The notes under the pieces are model-generated. The model did not search any database, had not been told where the DNA came from, and saw only the letters and a program-made list of their open reading frames with translations. 43,945 nucleotides of DNA, taken from positions 1-43,945 of the forward strand of contig JBHGBC010000032.1 in the NCBI GenBank assembly GCA_041946805.1, read 5' to 3'. Of this stretch, positions 8,823 to 18,736 are shown in pieces; the stretch's first letter is position 1, and every line of letters starts with the position of its first letter. Made by a program: the position numbers and the translations under genes. This stretch comes from a bacterium. Lineage in GTDB: Bacteria > Hinthialibacterota > Hinthialibacteria > Hinthialibacterales > Hinthialibacteraceae.

Positions 8823-10226
8823 TCACTCCGGATAGGCATCCAATTCCCGGGGAGGGGTGATCTGGTATTTCTTCATCCGGTAGCGCAGGGTGTCGCGGGA
8901 GATGCGCAGCAGGCGGGAGGCCTTGCTCTGGTTCCATCCGGCATGATCCAAGGCTTCGAGGATCATCCGTTTTTCCTGCTCCTCGAGTGGTGATTGAAGG
9001 CGGGCAAGCGTGTCTTGTGTGAGACGGTTTTTGCGGCTTTGACGCACGATCTCGGCGGGGAGGGAATCGACGGTGATCAATCCCTCGCGGCCCAGCAGCA
9101 CGGCGCGTTCCAGGCAATTGCGCAGTTCGCGGACATTGCCCGGCCAGGAGTAGTGGATCAAGAGATCCACGGCTTCGGGGGTGATCTCCAGGTGGGGCTT
9201 GGAGAATTCGGAGCGGAATTGTTCAAGGAAATGCTCGATGAGGGCGGGGATGTCTTCCATCCGCTGGTGCAGGGGAGGGACCTCGATGGGGATCACGTTC
9301 AGCCGGTAGAAGAGGTCGCGGCGGAACTGGCCGTCCTCCACCGCCTTTTCGAGATCTTTGTTGGTGGCCGTGATCACACGCACATCCACCATCCGTTCCC
9401 GGGTCGAACCGATCCGGCGGAACACCTTGTTTTCCAGGAACTGCAACAACTTGGCTTGCACGGAGGCTTCGATGTCCCCGATTTCGTTGAGGAAGACGGA
9501 ACCCTTGTGAGCGATCTCCAGCAGGCCTTCCTTGCGGGTGCGGGCGTCGGTGAACGCGCCGCGCTCATGGCCGAACAGTTCGTTTTCCAACAGGTGGGCG
9601 GGAAACGAGGGACAGTTGATTTCGACGAACGGGCCGCCGGACCGGGGGCTGAGCGCGTGGATCGCCCGGGCCAGCAGGTCCTTGCCGACGCCGGTTTCAC
9701 CCCGGATGAGGACGGTGCTGTGCCCCTGCGCCGCCACCCGGGTAATGATCTCCAGAATCTCCTGCATGCGCCGGCTGACCGCCACGATGTTCTGCAGACC
9801 CTGGTTCGTGGTTTGCTGGCTCCGGTAGCGGTACACCTCCTGCTCCAGGCCGCGCTGGTTCAGGGCTTTGTCAATGCGGAGGATGATGTCGTCCAGGTCG
9901 AAGGGTTTGGGAATGTAATCGCACGCGCCGGCGCGCACCGCTTCCACCGCGTGTTGCACGTCGGTGAAGGCGGAGAGCATCACCACCATGCAAGTAACAC
10001 CCATTTTCCGCAATTCGCGCAGCACTTGGATGCCATCGATGTCGGGCAGTTTGATGTCCAGCAGCACCAGATCGGGCTCCTGGGACTTGATCATCGCGAG
10101 GGCCTCCGCGCCCGCCGCGGCGGAACTGACCTGAAAACCCGCCCGCCGCAGATCGTTTTCGAGCGACCAGCGCACGAGCTGCTCATCGTCGACGACCAAT
10201 ATGGTGGCGCCCGGGTGATCGGTCAT
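8823..10226 (-). CDS. Sigma-54-dependent response regulator (NtrC/AtoC-type: REC, AAA+, Fis HTH)
   Basis: ILVVDDE...LLDIKLP receiver; Walker A GETGVGKD; ELFGHERGAFTDA; FRRDLFYRL; WPGNVRELRN; NQSKASRLLRISRDTLRYRM HTH. Confidence 0.95.
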   Translation of the reverse strand: MTDHPGATILVVDDEQLVRWSLENDLRRAGFQVSSAAAGAEALAMIKSQEPDLVLLDIKLPDIDGIQVLRELRKMGVTCMVVMLSAFTDVQHAVEAVRAGACDYIPKPFDLDDIILRIDKALNQRGLEQEVYRYRSQQTTNQGLQNIVAVSRRMQEILEIITRVAAQGHSTVLIRGETGVGKDLLARAIHALSPRSGGPFVEINCPSFPAHLLENELFGHERGAFTDARTRKEGLLEIAHKGSVFLNEIGDIEASVQAKLLQFLENKVFRRIGSTRERMVDVRVITATNKDLEKAVEDGQFRRDLFYRLNVIPIEVPPLHQRMEDIPALIEHFLEQFRSEFSKPHLEITPEAVDLLIHYSWPGNVRELRNCLERAVLLGREGLITVDSLPAEIVRQSRKNRLTQDTLARLQSPLEEQEKRMILEALDHAGWNQSKASRLLRISRDTLRYRMKKYQITPPRELDAYPE

Positions 10227-10243
10227 CAAGCATCCATTCGGGA

Positions 10244-10370
10244 GTGGAAAATCGGTCATTCGCCTGAATCCTTGCGGTTCGGGGACTCGCCCAGTCAACT
10301 TGGACGCCTTACCCGAACAGCAAGTTACAGGCCGGAATGAATCCGGAACATCATTTCACCGATTTTCCAC
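10244..10370 (-). other. Highly base-paired ~127-nt element in the regulator's 5' leader (candidate structured RNA)
   Basis: Perfect 13-bp closing inverted repeat GTGGAAAATCGGT/ACCGATTTTCCAC enclosing a long imperfect hairpin (GCCTG/CAGGC, CTTGC/GCAAG, GTTCGGG/CCCGAAC). Confidence 0.45.
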
Positions 10371-10385
10371 GGGCCAATTATTTAC

Positions 10386-10593
10386 GGCTCATCCGGCAAT
10401 TGCGTTCTTTTTTTCAGATCGCCGGTTCGGATCTCTTCGCAATGATCGATGAAAACCACCCCCACAATTCCCTCTCCCTCTGGGAGAGGGCTAGGGGGAG
10501 GGTTTTTCGGCCGGGGCGGACCTTGGCGTCAGCCCTCATCCCGGCGTGAATGGAATCGATTTTACCTCATTAGGTACCCCCTTACCGGATGTT
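10386..10593. mobile_element. MITE copy (degenerate 22-bp TIRs)
   Basis: Left GGCTCATCCGGCAATTGCGTTC, right GTACCCCCTTACCGGATG; flanks TTATTTAC/TTATTTGC; internal G-rich palindrome and REP-like hairpin; 3' half closely matches 35104-35230. Confidence 0.7.
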
Positions 10594-10983
10594 TTATTTG
10601 CGAACGAAATTCATCTCTGCCGCCATCCGGAGAAAGCCGGCTTGAAGTGACTGGGGTGCAAGAAATCCTGTTGCGATAACCATCGATCATCATAACTTCC
10701 CTTGGGATTTTTTCAACTTGCTCCTCTCTCGCCATGCCCTGGAACAAGGAAGGAGGCAATTCGTCCGGGGAATTTTATGTCTCCGCCCATTCGTTTCCGC
10801 GGCCGGTTGTATTTCGAGTAGTCAAGGCGGGTGATTTCATCCAGCGGCCTGAGATGAAACACCGCCAGGCGGCGCTCCCGGATGCGGGGATATGCCGATT
10901 GAATCTCCCATTGGTTTTTGATACGATGCCCTGATTCGAGCCGGCCTTTTTCATGTATATCATTCGAAATGGAAAGATCACCT

Positions 10984-12129
10984 ATGAAATCCCGAGAACG
11001 CTTGTTGACTACGCTGAATCACCAGGTGCCCGACAAAGTCCCGTTGGATTGGGGGGGGAACCAAACCGGCATTCATCATTTGGCCTACCGGAAAATCCTG
11101 GATTATTTCTCGCTGGATGAAGACATCGTGATCATGGACGTTGTCCAGCAACTGGCCGCTCCCAGCGAAACCGTTTTGAAACGGTTTGAAATCGATACCC
11201 GCTATATCCGGCCGGGCATGTTCTCTCCTCCCCCCGAACTGCGCGAAGTGAAGCCCGGTTATTGGGGATTCACGGATGGATTCGGCGTCACCTGGGCCAT
11301 GCCCGGAAAGCAGCCGGGAGAAGGGCTGTATTGCGATATCGTGCACAATCCGCTGGCCCGTCTGTCCTACGAGGACCTTGATTTCTACGACTGGCCGGAC
11401 GGAACCGATCCCGCCCCGTTTCAGGGACTGCGCGAGTATGCCCGGAAACTGCGCGCGGAAACCGATTACGCGCTGGTCAGCGGCATCACCGGTGTGGTGT
11501 TCGAATATTGCTGGTACATGCGGGGATTCGAAAACCTGTACCTGGACATGGTGGACAATCCCCGGTACGTGGAAAAACTCCTGGACCACACCCTGAAGTT
11601 TTGGACGGATTTTCTAGGCGCGTTTTTGGATGAAGTGGGCGATTGCCTGGACGTGATCTGCGTGGGTGACGATATCGGCATGCAATCCGGACCCCTCTTT
11701 TCCCCCGCCCTCTATCGGAAATTGATCAAGCCCTATCAGAAATCGTTGTACGAGTTCATCCATTGGAAAACCCAGGCCAAGCTGTGGTACCATTCGTGCG
11801 GATCGGTGATTCAATATCTGCCGGATTTCATCGATAACCGGGTGGATATCCTCAATCCCGTGCAGGTCAGCGCCAAAGGCATGGATCCCCGGACCTTGAA
11901 ACAAGAGTGGGGCCGGGACCTGGTCTTCTGGGGCGGGGGCAATGATCCCCAAGGCGTTTTCAGCCGGGGAACTCCCGAGCAGGTGCGGGACCAGGTGCGC
12001 GAGCGTATGGAGATTTTCAAACCCGGCGGTGGATACGTTTTCAACACCGTGCACAACATCCAGGCGGAGGTCCCGGCGGAAAACATCATCGCCCTCTGGA
12101 ACGCCGCCAAGGAATTTCGGGATTATTGA
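10984..12129 (+). CDS. Uroporphyrinogen decarboxylase-family (URO-D/MtaA/CmuA-like) protein
   Basis: MKSRER...PDKVP start; MRGFENLYLD; GDDxGxQxGPLFSP; HSCG; LNPVQ; FWGG; GGYVFNTVHNIQ. Confidence 0.85.
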   Translation: MKSRERLLTTLNHQVPDKVPLDWGGNQTGIHHLAYRKILDYFSLDEDIVIMDVVQQLAAPSETVLKRFEIDTRYIRPGMFSPPPELREVKPGYWGFTDGFGVTWAMPGKQPGEGLYCDIVHNPLARLSYEDLDFYDWPDGTDPAPFQGLREYARKLRAETDYALVSGITGVVFEYCWYMRGFENLYLDMVDNPRYVEKLLDHTLKFWTDFLGAFLDEVGDCLDVICVGDDIGMQSGPLFSPALYRKLIKPYQKSLYEFIHWKTQAKLWYHSCGSVIQYLPDFIDNRVDILNPVQVSAKGMDPRTLKQEWGRDLVFWGGGNDPQGVFSRGTPEQVRDQVRERMEIFKPGGGYVFNTVHNIQAEVPAENIIALWNAAKEFRDY

Positions 12130-12137
12130 TACTTTCA

Positions 12138-12238
12138 AGCGCCAACGGCGCGCAAGAAGATAGCCCAGGGCAACGCCCTGGGATAAGTTGATAAAAGTCA
12201 TTATTCCCTCTCCCTCTGGGAGAGGGCCAGGGTGAGGG
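12138..12238 (+). repeat. ~100-bp composite repeat
   Basis: AGCGCCAACGGCGCG...TAGCCCAGGGCAACGCCCTGGG plus CCCTCTCCCTCTGGGAGAGGGCCAGGGTGAGGG. Confidence 0.8.
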
Positions 12239-12314
12239 AATCTTGTAGGGATTGGCCCAAGAATCTCCTCATATATTCTGCTTCACCCAATCTTCGAAAA
12301 CCACGAGGTGTTCC

Positions 12315-15300
12315 ATGAAACGGTACTCTATCTGGCCCATAGGAATAGCGTTGTTGATGCTGCTGCTGACAAGCGGCAACGCGGGTGGTCAAAATCCCGC
12401 TGAGTTGCCAATCCATTCCCTGGCCGATGTGCAGCGGCAGTTCGCCGATCCGCCCGCCGCGTACCGCCCCGCTCCCCTCTATGTCTGGAACGACGACATG
12501 CAAGAGCAGGAAATCGCCTTCCAGCTGGATGAGTTCAAAAAACAGGGCTACGGCGGCGTCTTTGTCCATCCCCGGCCCGGGCTGGTGACGCCGTACCTTT
12601 CCGAGCGCTGGTTGAACCTGTGGCGTTTCACCGCCGAGGAAGCCCAAAAGCGGGGGATGGTCACCTACATTTACGACGAAAACAGCTACCCCTCGGGATT
12701 CGCCGGCGGTTTCGTGCCCGACCAGATGCCCGAAACGCGGCAGGTTTTCCTGCGGCATAACGAGTTCACGCCGGACAATTACAAGGAAATCGTGGTCACG
12801 CCGGAAACCATCGGGCTGTACCGGATTGACAGCGCCCACGGCACTTATGAACGGATCGAATTGCCGGAAATCGGGGCGGGCCAGAAAATCACCGCGGAGG
12901 AATTGAAACTGCAGCCTGGCAATTACCTTCACGCCTTCCAACGCGATGGGGAAACCTCGCCCTGGTACGGCGGCAAGACCTACGTGGATCTCATGAATCC
13001 GCGTGTCACCGAGGCGTTTCTGGATATTACCTTCGGGGCGTACGACAAAGTTCTCTCGGATCTCTATGGCAAGAACGTGCTTGCCTGCTTCACGGATGAG
13101 CCCCAGGTGGAGGGAGATTGGTCGCCCCTGCTGCCCCGGGCTTTCTCGGACCGCTGGGGGTATGAAATCACGGAAGTACTGCCCTCGCTTTTCACCCCGG
13201 TGGGCGATTGGCGGAAAGTCCGGCATGATTTCGCGGTCACGATTCTGGAGCTGTTCATGAATAACTTCGCCCGCCCCTATTATGAAGCCTGCGAGGAACG
13301 CGGCATCCCGGCAACCGGCCACGTGTGGGAGCATGGATGGCCGAACATGACCCACAATCCCGACGTCATGAGCTTCAACGCCTGGCAGCACTGGCCGGGA
13401 ATCGATTGCCTCATGAACCAATACGACGAAGGGCCCAACGCCCAGTTCGGCAACTATCGCTCCAACAAGGAAATCGACAGCATCGCCAATCAGTTCGGCC
13501 GGATCCGCAAATTGTGCGAAACCTACGGGGCCGCCGGCTGGGATCTGAACTTCGAGGACATGAAGCGGATCGGGGATCACCTCTACGCCGGGGGCATCAA
13601 CCTGATGAATCCCCATCTCAGCTTTTACACGATCCGCGGCGCGCGCAAGCGGGATCATCCCCAGTCCTTCTCGTATCACGCTCCCTATTGGGAAGCGTAT
13701 CACCTCTCCACCGATTACTTCGGCCGGTTGTCCTGGGCCTTGGCCGCCGGGAAAGAGCTCAATCCCATCCTGGTTATCGAGCCGACCACCACGATGTGGA
13801 TGTACAACTGGAGTCCTTCGGAGTCCGAAAAACTGAACGAACTCGGCCGGGCATTCCAACGGTACATCACCGAGTTGGGCGGCGCGCATGTCTCTTTCGA
13901 TCTGGGCAGTGAACCGGTCATGGTGAAACATGCCCGGATCATCGATGGCTTGTGGGTGGTCGGCCGCTGCGGGTACTCGGCGGTGATCCTGCCTCCCGGA
14001 CTCGAAAACCTGGAAAAAAACACTGTCGATTTATTGGATGAATTTATCGAACAAGGCGGAACCGTCATCAGCCAGACGGATATCCCGGCCTATGTGGACG
14101 GCCGTCCGAACAACCAGGTCCAGCGCGTAAAGCAAAAGGCCGGCGGGCGGTGGGTGGAAAAAGACCTCTCGCCCGTGGAACTGGAAAAAACCTGGGGCCA
14201 CGCCAACGTGAATGTCCGCTCCAGGCCGGTGGCGGACGGGCGGGTCTTTCATTATTTGCGCGATCTGGATGACGGTTACCTGCTGTTCATCGCCAACAGC
14301 AGCCCGGCGGAATCCTCGCGCGTCGAGGTGACCGCCCGGGGCGCTTGGGTGGAAGCGTGGAATCCCGTGAACGGCCGGATCGAAGCGGTGTCCTGCACGT
14401 CCAGCGCCGATGGCGGACTGCAATGGAACACCGAACTGTCCCCCGCGGGCAGCGTTTTATACGCGATCTATCAGGACAAGCCAAGCCGGCCGGAAAGCCC
14501 CGCGCCTGACCCCATTCGCCAATTTTCGCAGACCCAATCTGTGCCGCCGGCGGGTGAATTGGCCGTGGAAGCCCGCGAACCAAACGTCCTGTTGCTGGAT
14601 TACGTCGACCTGGTCTTGAAGGGTGAGGTCACGGAAGGGCTGTATTTCTATGACGCCCAGACCCGCGTCTACAAGGCCCATGGTTTCGGCAAGAATCCCT
14701 GGGACAACTCCGTGCAATTCAAGGATGAGCTGATCAAGAAAGATAACTTCCCCGCCGATTCCGGCTTCGAACTGCGGTATCCCTTCCTCTTGGGTGAATT
14801 CGGCGCCTTGCCCGCTTTGCAGTTGGCCGTCGAGCGGGGTGATCGGTACACGGTGAAGATCAATGACCAGGTGGTGAAGCCGGAGGAAGGGAAATGGTGG
14901 CTGGACCGGTCGTTCAAGGTCTTCAACATCAAACCCGAATGGCTCAAGCCCGGCCGCAACGTGATCTCCACCGCCGCCCAGCCGTTCTCCATCCACCTCG
15001 AGCCGGAAGCGGTCTATCTGCTGGGGGATTTCAATCTGACCAGTGTGGAGAAAGGTTTCCAGATCGATCCTCCCAAACCGTTGCTGCTCGGATCCTGGGC
15101 GAAGCAGGGACGGCCCCTGTACCCGGGGAAAGTGGCCTACACCCGGAAATTCAATTGCCAAAAGGCTGAATCCACCGCGTTCTTTGTGGAACTCGCGGAT
15201 TGGCAGGGCACCGTGGCCCGGGTGGACGTCAACGGGAAACTGGCGGGATACATCGGCTGGCGGCCCTGGCGCCTGGAGATCAGCGACGCCATCCAGGACG

Positions 15301-15512
15301 GGGAAAATATTGTCACGGTGACGGTCTTCGGCAGCCTGAAGAATCTGCTAGGCCCGCATCATCACGGGAAAACGCGCGGTTCCGCCTGGCCGGGAATGTT
15401 CCAGCACGGGGCCAAGGATGGTCAGCCCGCCGGGGAGCAATACGACGTCCTCGACTACGGGATGAACCAACCGTTCACCGTGATCCAAGCCAAGTATGCC
15501 ATCCAGGGATGA
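12315..15512 (+). CDS. Secreted glycoside hydrolase, GH106 (alpha-L-rhamnosidase)-like
   Basis: RBS GAGGTG; signal peptide; FxDPPxxYRP; HPRPGLxTPYLS; YDENSYPSGFAGG; FTDEP; ETYG; C-terminal beta-sandwich. Confidence 0.8.
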   Translation: MKRYSIWPIGIALLMLLLTSGNAGGQNPAELPIHSLADVQRQFADPPAAYRPAPLYVWNDDMQEQEIAFQLDEFKKQGYGGVFVHPRPGLVTPYLSERWLNLWRFTAEEAQKRGMVTYIYDENSYPSGFAGGFVPDQMPETRQVFLRHNEFTPDNYKEIVVTPETIGLYRIDSAHGTYERIELPEIGAGQKITAEELKLQPGNYLHAFQRDGETSPWYGGKTYVDLMNPRVTEAFLDITFGAYDKVLSDLYGKNVLACFTDEPQVEGDWSPLLPRAFSDRWGYEITEVLPSLFTPVGDWRKVRHDFAVTILELFMNNFARPYYEACEERGIPATGHVWEHGWPNMTHNPDVMSFNAWQHWPGIDCLMNQYDEGPNAQFGNYRSNKEIDSIANQFGRIRKLCETYGAAGWDLNFEDMKRIGDHLYAGGINLMNPHLSFYTIRGARKRDHPQSFSYHAPYWEAYHLSTDYFGRLSWALAAGKELNPILVIEPTTTMWMYNWSPSESEKLNELGRAFQRYITELGGAHVSFDLGSEPVMVKHARIIDGLWVVGRCGYSAVILPPGLENLEKNTVDLLDEFIEQGGTVISQTDIPAYVDGRPNNQVQRVKQKAGGRWVEKDLSPVELEKTWGHANVNVRSRPVADGRVFHYLRDLDDGYLLFIANSSPAESSRVEVTARGAWVEAWNPVNGRIEAVSCTSSADGGLQWNTELSPAGSVLYAIYQDKPSRPESPAPDPIRQFSQTQSVPPAGELAVEAREPNVLLLDYVDLVLKGEVTEGLYFYDAQTRVYKAHGFGKNPWDNSVQFKDELIKKDNFPADSGFELRYPFLLGEFGALPALQLAVERGDRYTVKINDQVVKPEEGKWWLDRSFKVFNIKPEWLKPGRNVISTAAQPFSIHLEPEAVYLLGDFNLTSVEKGFQIDPPKPLLLGSWAKQGRPLYPGKVAYTRKFNCQKAESTAFFVELADWQGTVARVDVNGKLAGYIGWRPWRLEISDAIQDGENIVTVTVFGSLKNLLGPHHHGKTRGSAWPGMFQHGAKDGQPAGEQYDVLDYGMNQPFTVIQAKYAIQG

Positions 15513-15623
15513 GGGATCGTGGAGAAATACATTCACGGGAAGGCGAAGTCCGCGCCGCCTCCTCCGCCTTCCTTGTAAGTTCGCGTCTCTTCGCAATGAC
15601 CGATGAAAACCTCCTCCAACATT

Positions 15624-15739
15624 CCCTCTCCCCCTGCGAGAAAGCCGCTCTACATTCCCTCTCCCTCTGCCAGGGTGAGGGCACTCGCGCCCCTTTCAAG
15701 GGGCCGCCGAATAGCCGCCCAGGGTTTCTAACCCTGGGC
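15624..15739 (+). repeat. Decayed G-rich palindromes plus bipartite hairpin
   Basis: Two partial CCCTCTCCC... copies and the hairpin GCCCAGGGTTTCTAACCCTGGGC between convergent genes. Confidence 0.6.
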
Positions 15740-15798
15740 GGATGAATCCTGCGTGAAAATGCTCCCTCAACGGTTTGTCGCTTTTCGCCGCTCCATCT

Positions 15799-16683
15799 TC
15801 ACCGGAACAAGGACCAATTGGCGATATGAGAAGCTGCGCCGGCCGGCTCCTTGGGATCGAGAATCACGCCGTTCCCGGTCCGGAAATAGTCGATCGTGTA
15901 TTGTCCCCGGGTATTGCCTTGGAATCCGATCTGCATGACTCCGTCCGCGTCCACTTCCGTGGTGTTGCCCCAGCCGTTCCAACCGCTACCCGGCATATTC
16001 TCCAAGACGGGTTTCGTGAAGTCGCGATCGACATATAAAGTCCATGGCGAATGGTCGCCCAGCGCCCGTTCCGGCCAATCGTCACCTTCGAAGGCCTCGC
16101 CGAAATTGATGTCGGGTTGGGTTTCTACTTTCTCCTTGTATAAGTCGTAATCGATCGAGCAAACGAAGGTCAACACGTGAAATTGCGTGAAATCGACCTG
16201 GGCCGTGGGCAGATAGGCATTGAGGAAATAGCGGCTGCCGATGGTGGTCTGGTCGAAGCTGCACAGCCAGGTCCGGCCGTTGGAATACGTTTCCACCTCG
16301 CCATCCGGACGGTTTTTCAAGGGGTAAAATGAAACACGGTCGCCATGCTCGTCCGGGTTGCCGCTGTTCGGGCCGCCGATCTTGTCCGCCCGGATACGTA
16401 CTTCGTAAGTGAACGACCAGGTTTTCACGGTGCTGGTGTCGGCCGGCTCTACCCATTGGACATCGTGCATCAGGTATATAGTATCGCTGACTTCCCCCAG
16501 GCGGGAAACGGTCACCGTGCCATCGGCATTTTGCGTGACCTCCGTCCCCGCCCGCGGAGCGCGAAAAATGAACCACCCCTCCTTCACGTAATCGTCGAAG
16601 GTGGAGACGATGTCCCAGGTCTGCGCCAGGGCTCCAACGGGCATGAAACAAACGAACGCGATCCATAAGTTTTTTTTCAGCAT
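15799..16683 (-). CDS. Secreted hypothetical beta-sandwich protein with C-terminal WSxF tail
   Basis: Signal peptide MLKK...GALA|Q; beta-strand-rich body; ends EPAGAASHIANWSLFR. Confidence 0.75.
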   Translation of the reverse strand: MLKKNLWIAFVCFMPVGALAQTWDIVSTFDDYVKEGWFIFRAPRAGTEVTQNADGTVTVSRLGEVSDTIYLMHDVQWVEPADTSTVKTWSFTYEVRIRADKIGGPNSGNPDEHGDRVSFYPLKNRPDGEVETYSNGRTWLCSFDQTTIGSRYFLNAYLPTAQVDFTQFHVLTFVCSIDYDLYKEKVETQPDINFGEAFEGDDWPERALGDHSPWTLYVDRDFTKPVLENMPGSGWNGWGNTTEVDADGVMQIGFQGNTRGQYTIDYFRTGNGVILDPKEPAGAASHIANWSLFR

Positions 16684-16863
16684 TCTATTTCCCCTTTCGT
16701 TAACGGTATTTTATTGAAATCGTAGTCATATAGGGAACACAGGGGAAGATAACTCCCATTAATTGGCGAAGTGAGTTTGGACGATTCCGCTCGGATCGCG
16801 GCCTGATGTATCATGAAAAACAGTTTACTAGCGGTCCATTTCCCCATCTAAGGAGTTGGCTTT

Positions 16864-18729
16864 TTGATCGGTGAATCCTGGTTTTCAATCGATCCAGCCC
16901 AATCGGCGCACCTGGCGGCGAACCGCGATTGTTTCGCGAAACGCTATCCCGCCCAGGCCGCCGGTGTGCTTGCCGCGCTGCCGCGGCTGCCCGCGTATGA
17001 ATTTCTGGAAATTGGGCGTCAACAATTCGCTGTCCGCCACAAGGAGGATGGGTGTTTCCTCTATGATCCCGCCGATTTTCAAACCCGATTGCAAAACGCC
17101 TTGGACCGGGCCTTGACTTTCTACCAACGGGGCGCGGAACTCCTCATCATCGCCGGGGCTGGATTGGGGTATCTCGCCGCTCATTTGGAACCTCATATCC
17201 AGGGGCGGAATCAGGCCGGGCTGTTGTTGTTGGAACCGGCTCCCGAATTGATGATCGCCCAATGGTGTCTCTTCGATTGCCGTCCGTTGATCGAATCCCC
17301 TCGGATCATCTGGGCGGCCGGCCGGCCGTTGCTTTCCGTGACGCGTCCGCTGATCGAGGAAGAAAGACTCGATCTCGTTCCCGGAAACAGGCTGGCTTTC
17401 GTCCCCGAACGGATCCTGTCCGAAGAGGAAAAACAGGAACTGCAAGCATTGGCGTCCTGGTTTGGTGAGCGGGGCCGCGCGCGGAAAGCGGAGATGGTTC
17501 AAAAGCAAGCTTCGTATCGGCGCTGCATGGCCCGGCCCGCGGATCTCGCTTCCGGCCGGGTTTGGTCCGCCGCCACGCCCGAAGCGTACGCCCACACTCC
17601 GTTGTTGCGGTCCCTGCTCGCTGGCTTCGAAGCCGCGGGCTGGCGATCCCGGTTGTTGGAAATCCGGGATGGCTTCGCGACACGATACCGGGTGAGCGAG
17701 GACCTGATGGAAACCGCTCCTGATCTGATCGTGGTATGCAACAGCGCCTCCGGCGCCTTTTTTTCCAAGGACATCCGCCGCCCCCGCATTTCTTGGATTC
17801 TCGATCATCCCCGGTATTATGGATCGGATGCTCTTGTCCGCGATTTGTCCTGGCGCGATCACGTTTTTGTCATCGACCGGAAATACCTGGATTTTTTCGC
17901 GGAATCTCCGGCAGGCGCCTGCCAGTTTCTTCCCGCCACCTCTTGCCTGACCACACCGGGCATCCACCGGAACGAGTTGGCGTATCCCATTCTTTTCGCT
18001 GGATCTTACCAGGAAGTGACGCCGGTATTACGCCGGTTTTCGGGGGAGCGGGGCGAGGAACTGCAGGCCGTGATTCAATATCTGATCGACCATCCCACCG
18101 TGAGCGGCGGTCAGGCTCTGGAGATCCTGGCGGTTTCGGAGGCCGCACGAGAGCAACTCGCGCGCGAAGCCCGGCCGCGTTCCGCCCATCTCCTGGCCCG
18201 GCTGCCCGATACAACCCGGCAAGTGGATTATTGGCTCTATTCGCTGGCGAACAGTTTCAAGCGCGAACGGACCGTGCGGATTTTGCTTGAACTCGGCGTG
18301 GTCGTTTATGGTCCTCCCGCCTGGTTGTCCGTTCTCGGCCCGCGGTACGCTTCGCGGTACAAAGGATGGCTGGCCGCCGAAGACCTGCCGGACGCGTACG
18401 CCTCCGCGCAGGTGTCTCTGAATATCCACAGCCTGCAGTGTCCCACCTGCCTCAATCCCCGGGATTTCGATATCCTGGCGGCGGGCGGGTGCCTGGTGAC
18501 TGACTGGGTGAAAGATCTGGACGCGGGCTTGATCCGCCCCGGTGAAGATTGCCTGGCTTACCATTCGGAGAATGATCTGCTGCCCCAGGTGGATGGTCTC
18601 TTGCACGACGAGGAACGGCGGGACGCGATGGCGCGCCGGGGCCGCTCCACCTGGGAAAACCGGCATACGCCGGCACACCGGGCCGGCGCCATGTTGGACG
18701 TGATCCGCCGGAAATACCGGGAAGAATGA
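16864..18729 (+). CDS. Glycosyltransferase (CgeB/Glyco_trans_1_2-like C-terminal domain)
   Basis: C-terminal YASAQVSLNIH...NPRDFDILAAGGCLVTD...HT..HRA; N-terminal GAGLGYL (Maf/6-hydroxymethylpterin-like). Start uncertain. Confidence 0.7.
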   Translation: MIGESWFSIDPAQSAHLAANRDCFAKRYPAQAAGVLAALPRLPAYEFLEIGRQQFAVRHKEDGCFLYDPADFQTRLQNALDRALTFYQRGAELLIIAGAGLGYLAAHLEPHIQGRNQAGLLLLEPAPELMIAQWCLFDCRPLIESPRIIWAAGRPLLSVTRPLIEEERLDLVPGNRLAFVPERILSEEEKQELQALASWFGERGRARKAEMVQKQASYRRCMARPADLASGRVWSAATPEAYAHTPLLRSLLAGFEAAGWRSRLLEIRDGFATRYRVSEDLMETAPDLIVVCNSASGAFFSKDIRRPRISWILDHPRYYGSDALVRDLSWRDHVFVIDRKYLDFFAESPAGACQFLPATSCLTTPGIHRNELAYPILFAGSYQEVTPVLRRFSGERGEELQAVIQYLIDHPTVSGGQALEILAVSEAAREQLAREARPRSAHLLARLPDTTRQVDYWLYSLANSFKRERTVRILLELGVVVYGPPAWLSVLGPRYASRYKGWLAAEDLPDAYASAQVSLNIHSLQCPTCLNPRDFDILAAGGCLVTDWVKDLDAGLIRPGEDCLAYHSENDLLPQVDGLLHDEERRDAMARRGRSTWENRHTPAHRAGAMLDVIRRKYREE

Positions 18730-18736
18730 ATAGGAT

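Noticed and set aside
8994..10340. Long antisense ORFs (448 aa here; also 12201-13931, 30224-31567, 32447-33373 and others)
   Set aside because: They mirror well-supported genes on the opposite strand, as expected from GC-rich codon bias, and have no motifs.
10256..10340. c-di-AMP (ydaO) riboswitch, suggested by CTGAATCC and CCCGAAC
   Set aside because: Lacks the GGGGTGAATC and CAGCTAAC core segments and lies antisense to the adjacent gene; kept only as an unassigned structure.
10984..12129. True hemE serving heme supply
   Set aside because: Lacks the HemE W.MRQAGR signature and fits the broader URO-D/methyltransferase-like family.
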